Shown: one piece after another, positions 38,988 to 48,288 of the stretch | How positions within the stretch are numbered: the stretch's first letter is position 1 | How the letters are laid out: each line of letters opens with the position of its first letter | IMG/VR virus record: IMGVR_UViG_3300030329_003231 | DNA: 58,816 bases | DNA from: an uncultured virus (IMG/VR IMGVR_UViG_3300030329_003231) | Taxonomy: Duplodnaviria > Heunggongvirae > Uroviricota > Caudoviricetes | Direction: 5' to 3' (one strand) | The notes under the pieces: generated by a model | The model's database searches: none | Told to the model about the DNA's origin: nothing | The model's input: the letters and a program-made list of their open reading frames with translations, nothing else | Made by a program: the position numbers and the translations under genes

Positions 38988-39205
38988 TCAGGATAGTGAT
39001 TTATATTTCCAAGATATTGATAGATTAAATCCAATCCAAATACAAATGTCTCTCCATTTTCATCTTGAAGATAGAAAGGCATATTAGGATACATTCTCCG
39101 TGCAGTATAATATTGACTCACAACTGCATAGTCATCATCAATCCATCTTTCCTTTTCTAATTCTTCTTCGGTCATATTCTTTGAGGAGGATCTGTGGGAT
39201 ACCAA
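38981..39205 (-). CDS. hypothetical protein
   Basis: ORF in the array; true start probably MTEEEL. Confidence 0.6.
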   Translation of the reverse strand: MVSHRSSSKNMTEEELEKERWIDDDYAVVSQYYTARRMYPNMPFYLQDENGETFVFGLDLIYQYLGNINHYPDW

Positions 39206-39462
39206 CGACCATCTTCATCATATTCATCATATTCATGTTGATATTCATGATCAGGAAGCATCATAGGATGGCGACGATAAGGCATACCAAAATCAATCAC
39301 TAGCGGAGCATCTAATACCTTCTCAAAACTTTCTGCCATTCTACGGAATCCACTTCCAACCAAAATCTGGCCAGCACATACTGCAACCGTAGCAGTACCC
39401 CAGAAGATATAATACCATCTAGATTTAACTTGTGCTCTTAATTTTTCTTTTTTCTTATTCAT
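39172..39462 (-). CDS. single-TM hypothetical protein
   Basis: WYYIFWGTATVAVCAGQILVG. Confidence 0.7.
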   Translation of the reverse strand: MNKKKEKLRAQVKSRWYYIFWGTATVAVCAGQILVGSGFRRMAESFEKVLDAPLVIDFGMPYRRHPMMLPDHEYQHEYDEYDEDGRWYPTDPPQRI

Positions 39463-39704
39463 GCTGGATGTTCACATTGTTCAGTAAGTCTTGCACCAAC
39501 AGGACCATCATCAGAATAAACTTCTAACTTATGGATGTTGATAGAATCCTTTTCAAATATTGTAACATTAACCTTACCATCTTTGCAAGATATCTTTACA
39601 GTTCCATTACAAGACCAGTCCTCAGGCTCATTATAAAACTTATAAACTGGATAAGGGTCACGAGTGGGAGTGTGTGCTACAACTCTATAATAATTTTCAG
39701 TCAT
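39459..39704 (-). CDS. hypothetical protein
   Basis: 81-aa ORF with ATGA overlaps. Confidence 0.6.
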   Translation of the reverse strand: MTENYYRVVAHTPTRDPYPVYKFYNEPEDWSCNGTVKISCKDGKVNVTIFEKDSINIHKLEVYSDDGPVGARLTEQCEHPA

Positions 39705-39841
39705 TTTGGTAATTTACGATTAAAGTTCCAGTAGTCAAATTTCATATACAATCTGTATATTCCCATTAAAGTTCTTTTAATAAACTCATCGAGATAAATG
39801 AGGGAAATAAAAAAACAATCTTCTAAACTGGGTTTTTTCAT
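39701..39841 (-). CDS. 46-aa hypothetical protein
   Basis: Not in track. MKKPSLEDCFFISLIYLDEFIKR...; ATGA overlaps. Confidence 0.45.
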   Translation of the reverse strand: MKKPSLEDCFFISLIYLDEFIKRTLMGIYRLYMKFDYWNFNRKLPK

Positions 39842-39956
39842 TTTAACCTATCCATTATAGCATACACACTAATAAAAACAGAAGCGAGTCCACTCATAAT
39901 CAATATTATTCCTAGAACGCCAAAACAATCTAGTTTAAATGGTGCATACTTCTTCT

Positions 39957-40901
39957 TCACTTAAATTCACATTCTACCATTATCTCTGTTAAACATGCAA
40001 GTAAATTTATTTCTTGGTCTGCGACGAATGCGATCTGATACTGATACTTAGCAATAATAAGAACGGCGGGAGGAATAGAACTAGGGACCAAGGAATCATA
40101 AAGAACATCGTAGATACGACGCAGTAAAACAGCAGGATCATTGTCCAAGTTATTGACACACCATTTACGTACTTCCGGAAAGTTTTTCGTTTTGAGGTTT
40201 TTAACGAGATCATTTACCTTTACATCAGAGAAATGGGCGAGAATTCCACTGTCAATTTTCCCCCCGACAGAATATCTTTGACATTCGTTGAGGATCCTCC
40301 TCCAATCAGGGAAGTGTTTGTTGATAAGTTGAATGAGCACATTCTTATCACTTTCAATCCGTTCTCCGTCCACAATGGATAACAATCGTTTGAAGAATTC
40401 TGCTTGCAGTATAGGTTTTTGTTTTGCATTTACTGAAAATTCAACGACTGCACAACGGGAATGGAGGGGTTCGATGATTTTGTTTTTGTAATTGCAGGTA
40501 AAAATAAATCGGCAGTTTCCTGAGAATTCCTCAATACTCGCTCTAAGAAGGAGTTGTACGTCGGGAGTGGTATTGTCTGCTTCGTCGATGATGATGACTT
40601 TATGCTTCGACTCGCTGCTAAGAGAGACTGTAGATGCGAAGTTCTTTGCATTGTTTCTGACGGTATCGAGGAACCGTCCTTCGTCTGATCCGTTGATGAC
40701 ATAAACATCTACTCCTAATTGATTACATAATGCTTTTGCAACTGTTGTCTTACCACATCCAGCAGGACCGGCAAGAAGAAGATTTGGTACTTCCCCTTTA
40801 TCTAGGAAGTCAAGAAAAGTCTTTTTAGTAGATTCTGGAAGAATACAATCTTCAATTGTCTTAGGTCGATATTTTTCAACCCAAAGAAATTCATCCCTCA
40901 T
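39957..40901 (-). CDS. gp44: clamp loader large subunit (T4 gp44)
   Basis: WVEKYRP, GPAGCGKT, IIDEAD, SRC. Confidence 0.96.
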   Translation of the reverse strand: MRDEFLWVEKYRPKTIEDCILPESTKKTFLDFLDKGEVPNLLLAGPAGCGKTTVAKALCNQLGVDVYVINGSDEGRFLDTVRNNAKNFASTVSLSSESKHKVIIIDEADNTTPDVQLLLRASIEEFSGNCRFIFTCNYKNKIIEPLHSRCAVVEFSVNAKQKPILQAEFFKRLLSIVDGERIESDKNVLIQLINKHFPDWRRILNECQRYSVGGKIDSGILAHFSDVKVNDLVKNLKTKNFPEVRKWCVNNLDNDPAVLLRRIYDVLYDSLVPSSIPPAVLIIAKYQYQIAFVADQEINLLACLTEIMVECEFK

Positions 40902-41145
40902 AATTTCTCAATCTCACATAATAAGGTGCAAGAGAGTGGGTACTGAAATTAGGCTTCGGCATAATCCCCCTCTCCAAATTCAACTCTTGAAGTAACCCAT
41001 CCTTCAACAATATCTGTACATACTCTACACCTGATTCCAACAAACGTACAGCCTCATCTTGAGCATCAGTCCAATCCTCATATTCTACTTCTGAAATGGA
41101 AGTATGAGGATATTCATCATCTAATGCACATACTTTATACATCAA
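40891..41145 (-). CDS. hypothetical protein
   Basis: 84-aa ORF between gp45 and gp44. Confidence 0.6.
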   Translation of the reverse strand: MMYKVCALDDEYPHTSISEVEYEDWTDAQDEAVRLLESGVEYVQILLKDGLLQELNLERGIMPKPNFSTHSLAPYYVRLRNYEG

Positions 41146-41813
41146 CCAAATGTTGAATCAGGTTCTAATGCAATGTAATATGTCAAATCATAATTTTTAC
41201 TCCTAAATCGAGAAAGAAGTTTTTGAGATACTACTACATTATAAGTTCCTGGAAGAATCTTAATATTCTCCACCTTAAAATTAAACATAAATGTAGATTC
41301 TGTTTCTCCAACTGTAATAGCAAAACTATTAGAAGTATCATTCTTCTTATCTCTTACTAACAGTTTAACAACACCATTCTCTCCCACCACAGATAGATCA
41401 GGAAGTTGATATATTCCTGCTGCTTTAAGCAATTTATCCAACTGTTGTGTACTTAAATCAAAAGTAACATCCTCACTAGGCAACTCTATTGCTTTCTCTG
41501 GTGGAGTAATAATGACATTAGGATCAGCAAAGAAATACTTTGATCTCATCTTCCCTTCTTTAATCACTACATGATTATCGTTAGAAAAATCAAATTCAGG
41601 TATACTTGGTTTATGTAATTCTATTCCATTAATAAACTGACTGAGATCATAGATACCAAAATCCTTTGGGATATCTTCCTGTATCGTGGCTTCAGCAAGA
41701 ATATTCTTCATCACACTAATGGTGCGAAGTTTATTCCCTTCCTTAAAAAGAATAGACTGATTAATCTCTTTAAAGTTCTTTAATAAATTGATTGTAGTCT
41801 CAGAAAGTTTCAT
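41142..41813 (-). CDS. gp45: sliding clamp (T4 gp45)
   Basis: MKLSETTINLLKNFKEINQSI, FGIYDL, YYIALEPDS. Confidence 0.93.
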   Translation of the reverse strand: MKLSETTINLLKNFKEINQSILFKEGNKLRTISVMKNILAEATIQEDIPKDFGIYDLSQFINGIELHKPSIPEFDFSNDNHVVIKEGKMRSKYFFADPNVIITPPEKAIELPSEDVTFDLSTQQLDKLLKAAGIYQLPDLSVVGENGVVKLLVRDKKNDTSNSFAITVGETESTFMFNFKVENIKILPGTYNVVVSQKLLSRFRSKNYDLTYYIALEPDSTFG

Positions 41814-42531
41814 AACCATGTTGTGTAGTATCTTCTTGTGTTTGACCACTGAAGTAATAAAGGAGTAAGCAATAATGCATTGCTTTTAGTATATCACGTT
41901 TTGCCTGTCCTCGCTTATCATACCTACTTAAATACTTGATTGCATTAGAACGGCAAAAAGATTCCGCATCACCAACGGATTGGATAAGATCAAGTGTCTG
42001 GACGTTGTTGTTTTTGGAAGTATAGTGTCCACTATAAGTTGAGGCAACATAATCTTTAAGATCTTTGATACCTTTATCTTCTTCATACTTATGTGACCTA
42101 GTTAAATCAGGTTGAGGTTTTGTAGATGATCCCATAGAATCAAGAGCAAAATCAACTGCACTGGCATAATACTTCGGATCATCATATTGTGTTCCCGCAA
42201 GACCACTAAAATTAATATGATCCTCTCCCATCCCACCAGGAAAGGGAGTTCCAAAATTAAGAGTATCGGAACCCGCAGGAGTAGTATCTACACCAAAGGT
42301 AACAACATCCTTACCATAATCACCCAAATTTATATTTAAAGTATCTGCTGCACCGACACCATCACTTGTAAAAGTAATAGTGTCAGAGGACTCTCCTCCA
42401 AGAGTAGTAATTGGATCATATTCATCACTCTCTAAGGGAGTTACTTTAGTATCTTTTTTATTCATAATTGGGTATTCCTCATCAAGTTTGCCATTAAGTA
42501 CATCGTGCAATAAACTCCATGCGTTAATCAT
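41800..42531 (-). CDS. DUF3310-domain protein with a long disordered N-terminal extension
   Basis: C-terminal TYSGHY...FCRSNAIKYLSRY...DILKAMHY; start near MINAWS. Confidence 0.75.
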   Translation of the reverse strand: MINAWSLLHDVLNGKLDEEYPIMNKKDTKVTPLESDEYDPITTLGGESSDTITFTSDGVGAADTLNINLGDYGKDVVTFGVDTTPAGSDTLNFGTPFPGGMGEDHINFSGLAGTQYDDPKYYASAVDFALDSMGSSTKPQPDLTRSHKYEEDKGIKDLKDYVASTYSGHYTSKNNNVQTLDLIQSVGDAESFCRSNAIKYLSRYDKRGQAKRDILKAMHYCLLLYYFSGQTQEDTTQHGYETF

Positions 42532-42535
42532 AATA

Positions 42536-43633
42536 TCATTCCTCTTTATTGTCAATGGGAAGTTGAACTGTTGCATCTACCTTATCATATAGTTCAAGGA
42601 ATGCCTGTTTAGTCTCATCATCAAACCTGTTTACACAAACTTGAATAGACTTCATCTTATCCTTAAAGATAGAATAAGCACGAACTATATGAACTAATCT
42701 ACGAGTACTAATGATCTCTTCGATACCTCCATCATAGAATGTTTTACGAATAATATCACCCCAATCTACAAGTCTCTTGACAAAATCAGTATCTGTCACT
42801 CCCAATTGGGAAGCCACTCCACCAAGAATTCTTTGCTCTATCTTAGGTGATGGATAATCCTGCTCAAAGGTTACAGGGAATCTTTCTAAAAAGGCTTCAT
42901 TAAGAACATTAGTTCCTATAAATCTTCCATCATCAGATCCTTTTCCTTTGGTATTAGCAGTGGCCACTACATTAAATCCCTTTGCAGGAGAAACAAACCT
43001 ACCAATCTTTTTAAGAAAAATTCCTTTTCCTTCAAGAATAGGTTGTAAGCAAAGAATCTTATTGGATGCCAAATCTACCTCATCTAAAAGGAGGACAGCT
43101 CCCCTTTCCAGTGCTTCAATAACTGGTCCATTATGCCATACAGTGTTACCGTCAATAAGGCGAAACCCACCAATAAGGTCGTCTTCGTCGGTTTCGATTG
43201 TGATGTTGACACGAATTAATTCTCTTCCTAGTTGAGCACACGCTTGTTCGACACCAAACGTTTTACCATTACCAGAAAGTCCAGTTATAAATGTAGGATA
43301 AAACTGCTTTGTTTTAAGAATAGTTTTAATGTCATTAAAATGACCAAACCTTACAAAGGTGTCATCCTTTTCAGGGACTAAATTTTGTTGTACTTGAGGT
43401 TCAGCAGCAGGAGCACTGAAAGATTTTTCAATATTTTCAACTGCTTTTGTTGTTACTTCTAAATTCCATTTACCTCTTCCCACATTAAACTCTTTCAGTT
43501 TCTTAGTGACGGTCTGGTAAGCAATATCATTCATTGCACAAAACCCACGGATATCAGCAGCAGTAAACTCTGTTCCATAGGCATTTCTTAGACCCTCGAT
43601 GATTTCTTCACGAGTCATTTTAATTTCAAACAT
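42536..43633 (-). CDS. cobS: CobS/MoxR-like AAA+ ATPase
   Basis: GLSGNGKT, LLLDEVD, ATANTKG, LNEAFLERF. Confidence 0.93.
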   Translation of the reverse strand: MFEIKMTREEIIEGLRNAYGTEFTAADIRGFCAMNDIAYQTVTKKLKEFNVGRGKWNLEVTTKAVENIEKSFSAPAAEPQVQQNLVPEKDDTFVRFGHFNDIKTILKTKQFYPTFITGLSGNGKTFGVEQACAQLGRELIRVNITIETDEDDLIGGFRLIDGNTVWHNGPVIEALERGAVLLLDEVDLASNKILCLQPILEGKGIFLKKIGRFVSPAKGFNVVATANTKGKGSDDGRFIGTNVLNEAFLERFPVTFEQDYPSPKIEQRILGGVASQLGVTDTDFVKRLVDWGDIIRKTFYDGGIEEIISTRRLVHIVRAYSIFKDKMKSIQVCVNRFDDETKQAFLELYDKVDATVQLPIDNKEE

Positions 43634-43707
43634 AATGTGGGATTCGTTTCAATGACCTTATTATAAAGGACATAGAGACAATTTATTTATCCCAGTGGAC
43701 ACTTATT

Positions 43708-43941
43708 TTATTGGTTGTATTTTTTTATACTCTGTTCCCATTCCTTCAATGATGAAGAGCAATCAGGTGGTTCAGGATCTTTATATCCTTTCATCTTCTT
43801 CCACTTGTTATATAAAGCACCCATCATCCACGATTGAGCAAGGCTTCTACTTCCGTTCTCTAAGAGATCTAACTCATACCTACTAGAAGTGTACCCTTTG
43901 TACTCTTCTCTCCAATTGGAATCATCATAATTTTTGTTCAT
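43708..43941 (-). CDS. conserved cyanophage hypothetical protein
   Basis: YDDSNWREE...LLENG...SWMMGAL. Confidence 0.7.
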   Translation of the reverse strand: MNKNYDDSNWREEYKGYTSSRYELDLLENGSRSLAQSWMMGALYNKWKKMKGYKDPEPPDCSSSLKEWEQSIKKYNQ

Positions 43942-44437
43942 AGGTAAATGTCTTTCCTTTAATTTTTGTATCACCTTGTGGTGAGGATCTTCCTGGTCTA
44001 AATTTACCAGCTTTAACTCTTTTATCTTTACCTAATCCACCTTTTCTCGTTGCTGTTAGTGTACCAGTTTTTTTAGTCTGTGTCAAAACAGCATCTTGAC
44101 CATACTTCTTCCCCAGTGCTTTTATTACTTTCTTAAACTTTCTTTTACCTTTTTTACCAGAGGTGACAACATGACTTCTTTCTTTAACTTTCTTTTCATC
44201 CTTTGTTCCAGGATTCTCAGTCCATCTTCCTGTTACCTTAGTAGCACCAGGAAGACCTCTACCTTTAATGTCACGATCTAATTGCTTAGCCCGTGCTTTG
44301 TTCTCTGCCTTGGATTTGTCACCACGACTTCCAGAGAGGATTGCCATCCCTCCTTTATCAGACTTAGATTTAATACGGCTTAAACTGCTCTCCTCTAACT
44401 GAGAACATTCTACCATAAATTCTTGAAATGTCTTCAT
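43925..44437 (-). CDS. basic protein with a T4-type capsid-targeting leader (putative internal head protein)
   Basis: N-terminal MKTFQEFMVE versus the T4 CTS MKTYQEFIAE; very Lys/Arg-rich body. Confidence 0.7.
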   Translation of the reverse strand: MKTFQEFMVECSQLEESSLSRIKSKSDKGGMAILSGSRGDKSKAENKARAKQLDRDIKGRGLPGATKVTGRWTENPGTKDEKKVKERSHVVTSGKKGKRKFKKVIKALGKKYGQDAVLTQTKKTGTLTATRKGGLGKDKRVKAGKFRPGRSSPQGDTKIKGKTFTYEQKL

Positions 44438-44458
44438 CGCTTGTGACAGTTAGTTAAC

Positions 44459-44821
44459 TTATTCGTTAGGACCGTATCCTTCAAGGGTTTGTAAGAACAT
44501 ATTAGTATTAAAATCTGGATTCTCAACTAGGAATTCATCCAAATCAACCCATTGAACACACTTGTCACAAACTGCAACAGGTTGATCAGTTCCTGTTCTT
44601 CCAGAAGTTCCACACTTTGATCCACTGATACATCCCTGAACCTTTCCATCCTTACATCTAAATGCTGAACCATCTCTTGTCCATTCAGGGAAATCACCAA
44701 CAGGATTAGATCCTAGTAAAGCATTTTTAGATACTTCAGATCCTCCTCCAAGATTACTAAGAATTCCTCCACCAACTACACCAACTGCAACAGCAATGGC
44801 TAGTTTAACCTTATTGTTCAT
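44459..44821 (-). CDS. exported or membrane-anchored Cys-containing protein
   Basis: Signal/anchor KLAIAVAVGVVGG; five Cys. Confidence 0.65.
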   Translation of the reverse strand: MNNKVKLAIAVAVGVVGGGILSNLGGGSEVSKNALLGSNPVGDFPEWTRDGSAFRCKDGKVQGCISGSKCGTSGRTGTDQPVAVCDKCVQWVDLDEFLVENPDFNTNMFLQTLEGYGPNE

Positions 44822-44843
44822 TTAATTATTACGTCTGTCTTAT

Positions 44844-44975
44844 TTATTCTTCTTCCTCTTCTACCACAGACTTATAATAAGCCAATCTTTTCCTAAGAAT
44901 CAAAACTTCCTCACGAAGTTCTGCGTTCTCCTCTTCCAACACTTCTATGTGTTCTTGATAAATGATTACGCTCAT
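44844..44975 (-). CDS. 43-aa coiled-coil protein
   Basis: Not in track. MSVIIYQEHIEVLEEENAELREEVLILRKRL... Confidence 0.5.
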   Translation of the reverse strand: MSVIIYQEHIEVLEEENAELREEVLILRKRLAYYKSVVEEEEE

Positions 44976-44983
44976 AAAACTAT

Positions 44984-45187
44984 TTAAGCAGTTAAGGTTT
45001 CCTTAATGTCCTTTTCTTTACGTTTCTTCCAATCATTATACATTTCTCCATATAACATTCCCTCATGAGATCTAATCTCACCACCTTCTAAAAGTTCTCT
45101 TTGTCTTTCTGACAATTCACCATCTTTCATTTTTAAGTATTCAGATTCCCAATTAGGGATATCTTTAATCCATTCTTTAGTCATCAT
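44984..45187 (-). CDS. hypothetical protein, paralog-like to 43708..43941
   Basis: NWESEY...RELLEGG...GEMYNDWKK resembles NWREEY...LDLLENG...GALYNKWKK. Confidence 0.65.
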   Translation of the reverse strand: MMTKEWIKDIPNWESEYLKMKDGELSERQRELLEGGEIRSHEGMLYGEMYNDWKKRKEKDIKETLTA

Positions 45188-45350
45188 GATCATCATAAGG
45201 GTCAATTAATTCTTTACCAGGAGGACCAAAGGTTAAATAGATCCCATAAATTACTCCCCCAAAAAGAAGAACAAGAGCCACAGCAATTACTTGTTTCTCA
45301 GGGGTTAATCCTGGAAAATTTCCATGAGGAATAAGATTAGAAAACATCAT
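45177..45350 (-). CDS. psbN: PsbN (photosystem biogenesis factor), 57 aa
   Basis: Not in track. ...VIAVALVLLFGGVIYGIYLTFGPPGKELIDPYDDHDD is a canonical PsbN C-terminus; ATGA overlap. Confidence 0.85.
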   Translation of the reverse strand: MMFSNLIPHGNFPGLTPEKQVIAVALVLLFGGVIYGIYLTFGPPGKELIDPYDDHDD

Positions 45351-47515
45351 ACCACCAACTCTACGAATTCGCCAAGAACTTTCTTATTTAGTTTCTTGGT
45401 TTTAAGAGATTTAACAAATGCTCTTTTAATTTGTGCTTTGGTTGCATCTTCAACCACATCAAATTCAGCATCCTGAGAAAGTGCTGAGGAAGACATTCCA
45501 ATGTAAGCATCATATGCAGAGTTCTTAATAACAAAACTCTTATTCTTTCTCCAATCATTTATTATTCTATCATACTCTTTACTTGGTGTATATCCATAAT
45601 GTGCATCATTATAATAGAGTCTTATAAAACTCTTGGCATCCCTAGATTGAAGAACTCTAATACCAATAAAATTAATTGTAGGAAATCTATCTTTTAAATT
45701 AGTAAGAAGAGTTCCAGTATAATCATGCCACTGCCATCCAAACTTATAAGTCTTACCTACCTTACGATCTCTTAAGAAACATCTATCAGGATTTATATTT
45801 CTTGATCCCATATAAGGTTCATCTTCCCAATGACGTTGTACTTCTTTATGATAAGGAAGTTGATGTGCCTCACCATCAGTCAATATAATACATTGAGTTT
45901 TTTCTACTCCATTGTCTTTTTGAAATTTAGGTAGGAGTTCATGAAGAGAAACAATTGCCTCATTTAAAGGAGTTCCTGAAAGACAAAGACGCTGTGGATA
46001 GCGAAAGAATACCTGACCATTAGTAAAGGTCTCCGCCACTCTCCAAATATTCTTCATTTGATATTCTAATGTTTTTCCATTTACTTTATGAGTAAAAAGA
46101 TTCATTAAATTAAATCTATTATCAACTACTAGGTTTCCTTCTTTTGGTTCATAATGAAAAGGTAAATTTCCTTCATATTCACGATCTCTACACCATTCAC
46201 AAGTAAAAGCATAAACCTCAAACGGAATCTGAACTTTCTTACAGAACCAAATTAAATTATAAAGTTGCTTTAAGGTATCCTGCAACACAAACTGCATGGA
46301 ACCAGACCAATCTAATATAAAAACTAATCCATGATTCTTTCCATCAGGAAGAATGGTTACTTTTCTAAAAAGATCCTCACTGAATTTATAATTTTGAAGC
46401 TTCGTTGTATCGAGAACCCCAGTACGACTAGTAGCAGAACGAGCATACGCACTAGCTGCTTTTTTACACTCAAATTCTTTGACCAGGTAATTGACTTCTT
46501 TTTGAGCATCTCTTTTAAACTGTACAAAGTCTGAATCAGATTGGGCAAAAAGATCCCTCGGATCCATCCCTTCATAATCCTTACACATATTAGTAAAGGC
46601 TACTTCACTCTGCTCCCAATGCTCTTGAATATAGGTATGAACCTCTTCGTTAGAAGCAATTATAGTATCAAGATTAACCTTAGGAACTTCTACATATACA
46701 TTCTCTACTCCGCTGGTATTAACTAGATCCTTTAATTTAGTTTCTAAAGAATCCACAGTTTGAACTTCTATGTTATCTACAGTAGAACCAGAATCAACCA
46801 CCCGATCAATAGAAGGAACACTATCGCCCCTATCTTCCACATCAGCACTGCTATCAGTGTCAGGAATGGAATCATCAATATCCCCAGTCCTATCAATGCC
46901 GAGATCCCCAGAATCTTCACTGTCGTTCTCAAAATCCAACTTAGCTTGTTGTTGCTGTTCCAGGGACTCTTCCTTCTCCTGCTTGCAGAAATTATATAAC
47001 GCTTCTGCTGCTGCGATGGTTTGAGTAAAGGTTTCGGCATTAGAAATTAAATCGATAATCTCCTTTTCAGGAGTTGAAAAAGATAGATCAAGGAACGCAC
47101 CAATCTTGAAATGTAGATTAGCCCGATCAGCAAGATTAAAACTACTAATATCTTCACCATCTAGTTCAAAGAAATCTTGATCATACAACTCATTATATCC
47201 ACAACGGAAACTTTTGGCAAGACCTTGATACTTACGCTTCATCAATTTCTCAATCCTAGCATCCTCCACAACATTCATAAACTGATGAGGAATATTCTCA
47301 GGAGGATCTTGATCAGGTGTGAAAAGTGCATGTCCTACTTCATGACCTACAAGCATATCATAGACTGCATTGCTTGCTTTCTCCCATAGAGGAAGGATCA
47401 ACACTCTGGTGTGGACATTAAACTGAGCAGTCTCCACTTGCTTATGCTCTACTACAATGTCCTCAGTAGCAAGCAACTTCGCTAGTTGAGATTTGACTTC
47501 TTGCTGTACTGCCAT
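45347..47515 (-). CDS. zincin plus vWA domain protein (CobT-like partner of CobS)
   Basis: HEVGH, NVVEDARIE, MIDAS motif DWSGS, GTPL, LTDGE; start trimmed to MAVQQE. Confidence 0.88.
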   Translation of the reverse strand: MAVQQEVKSQLAKLLATEDIVVEHKQVETAQFNVHTRVLILPLWEKASNAVYDMLVGHEVGHALFTPDQDPPENIPHQFMNVVEDARIEKLMKRKYQGLAKSFRCGYNELYDQDFFELDGEDISSFNLADRANLHFKIGAFLDLSFSTPEKEIIDLISNAETFTQTIAAAEALYNFCKQEKEESLEQQQQAKLDFENDSEDSGDLGIDRTGDIDDSIPDTDSSADVEDRGDSVPSIDRVVDSGSTVDNIEVQTVDSLETKLKDLVNTSGVENVYVEVPKVNLDTIIASNEEVHTYIQEHWEQSEVAFTNMCKDYEGMDPRDLFAQSDSDFVQFKRDAQKEVNYLVKEFECKKAASAYARSATSRTGVLDTTKLQNYKFSEDLFRKVTILPDGKNHGLVFILDWSGSMQFVLQDTLKQLYNLIWFCKKVQIPFEVYAFTCEWCRDREYEGNLPFHYEPKEGNLVVDNRFNLMNLFTHKVNGKTLEYQMKNIWRVAETFTNGQVFFRYPQRLCLSGTPLNEAIVSLHELLPKFQKDNGVEKTQCIILTDGEAHQLPYHKEVQRHWEDEPYMGSRNINPDRCFLRDRKVGKTYKFGWQWHDYTGTLLTNLKDRFPTINFIGIRVLQSRDAKSFIRLYYNDAHYGYTPSKEYDRIINDWRKNKSFVIKNSAYDAYIGMSSSALSQDAEFDVVEDATKAQIKRAFVKSLKTKKLNKKVLGEFVELVV

Positions 47516-47693
47516 GTTTGTTTTCTTTTTGTATGTACCCATAATACGACGAAATCCGCCTCTTGGACGGATTCAGTAGACACTTTATCAAGTGTCTGCG
47601 TCTTTCTCTGGCACTTCGGAGTGCCTGTGGTTTCAGCTTTCTCTTCGGTGGTTTACCCGAATTATGCTGCCAGTTCGGGATAGAATTGCTCAA
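47463..47693 (-). CDS. small basic conserved cyanophage protein
   Basis: PNWQHNSGKPPKRKLKPQALR; overlaps both neighbours. Confidence 0.5.
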   Translation of the reverse strand: MSNSIPNWQHNSGKPPKRKLKPQALRSARERRRHLIKCLLNPSKRRISSYYGYIQKENKHGSTARSQISTSEVACY

Positions 47694-48288
47694 TGTCCTG
47701 TTTATAGAAGTGTATAAGAGTATCTATAAGTTGAGGAGTTTTCTCCAACTTATTCCCCTCATCAGGGGCTACTGCATACTCTACATCATCCGTAAACTCT
47801 AAGTCAATTCCTACTATGCCACTTAACCAACTGACAAAATCCTCACCAAATCCATCCTCAAATTTCCATATATGAGTATCAGATCTAAGGAAATCTATTT
47901 GAGGTCTGAACCAATTAAGAGACTGTCTATAAGGGATACTTTTAAGTACATATAAAAAACTATTTTTATCCTCCACTCCTTCCTGTGCTTTATCGCCACA
48001 AAATCTCTTTATATAAATGGAAGCAGAAATGAATCTATCAATAGGATTCCTTACGATGGAAAAATGAGGAATATCTTTTACATCCAAATATTTCATATAA
48101 TGATCTCGATGATAGTGAGCAACCTCAAACCCATTAACAATAGACATTATACCTTTTCCATTATCAAGATGAGCATCATTCCATTTAAAATCATTCTGAG
48201 AAAGATTTGCTTCTACAAACCTACCAGCAGTTCGGGGAATATGTGCAAAGAAAACTCTTTTACCTGATGAATGTTTAAAGGTAGGCAT
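47662..48288 (-). CDS. sulfotransferase family 2 protein
   Basis: HIPRTAG (5'PSB), RNPIDRFISA (3'PB), FRPQ. Confidence 0.8.
   Translation of the reverse strand: MPTFKHSSGKRVFFAHIPRTAGRFVEANLSQNDFKWNDAHLDNGKGIMSIVNGFEVAHYHRDHYMKYLDVKDIPHFSIVRNPIDRFISASIYIKRFCGDKAQEGVEDKNSFLYVLKSIPYRQSLNWFRPQIDFLRSDTHIWKFEDGFGEDFVSWLSGIVGIDLEFTDDVEYAVAPDEGNKLEKTPQLIDTLIHFYKQDIEQFYPELAA

Noticed and set aside
43694..43702. Recurrent GTCCAC-like motif near promoters (also ~4046, variant ~47577)
   Set aside because: Too few and too short to distinguish from chance without a genome-wide count.
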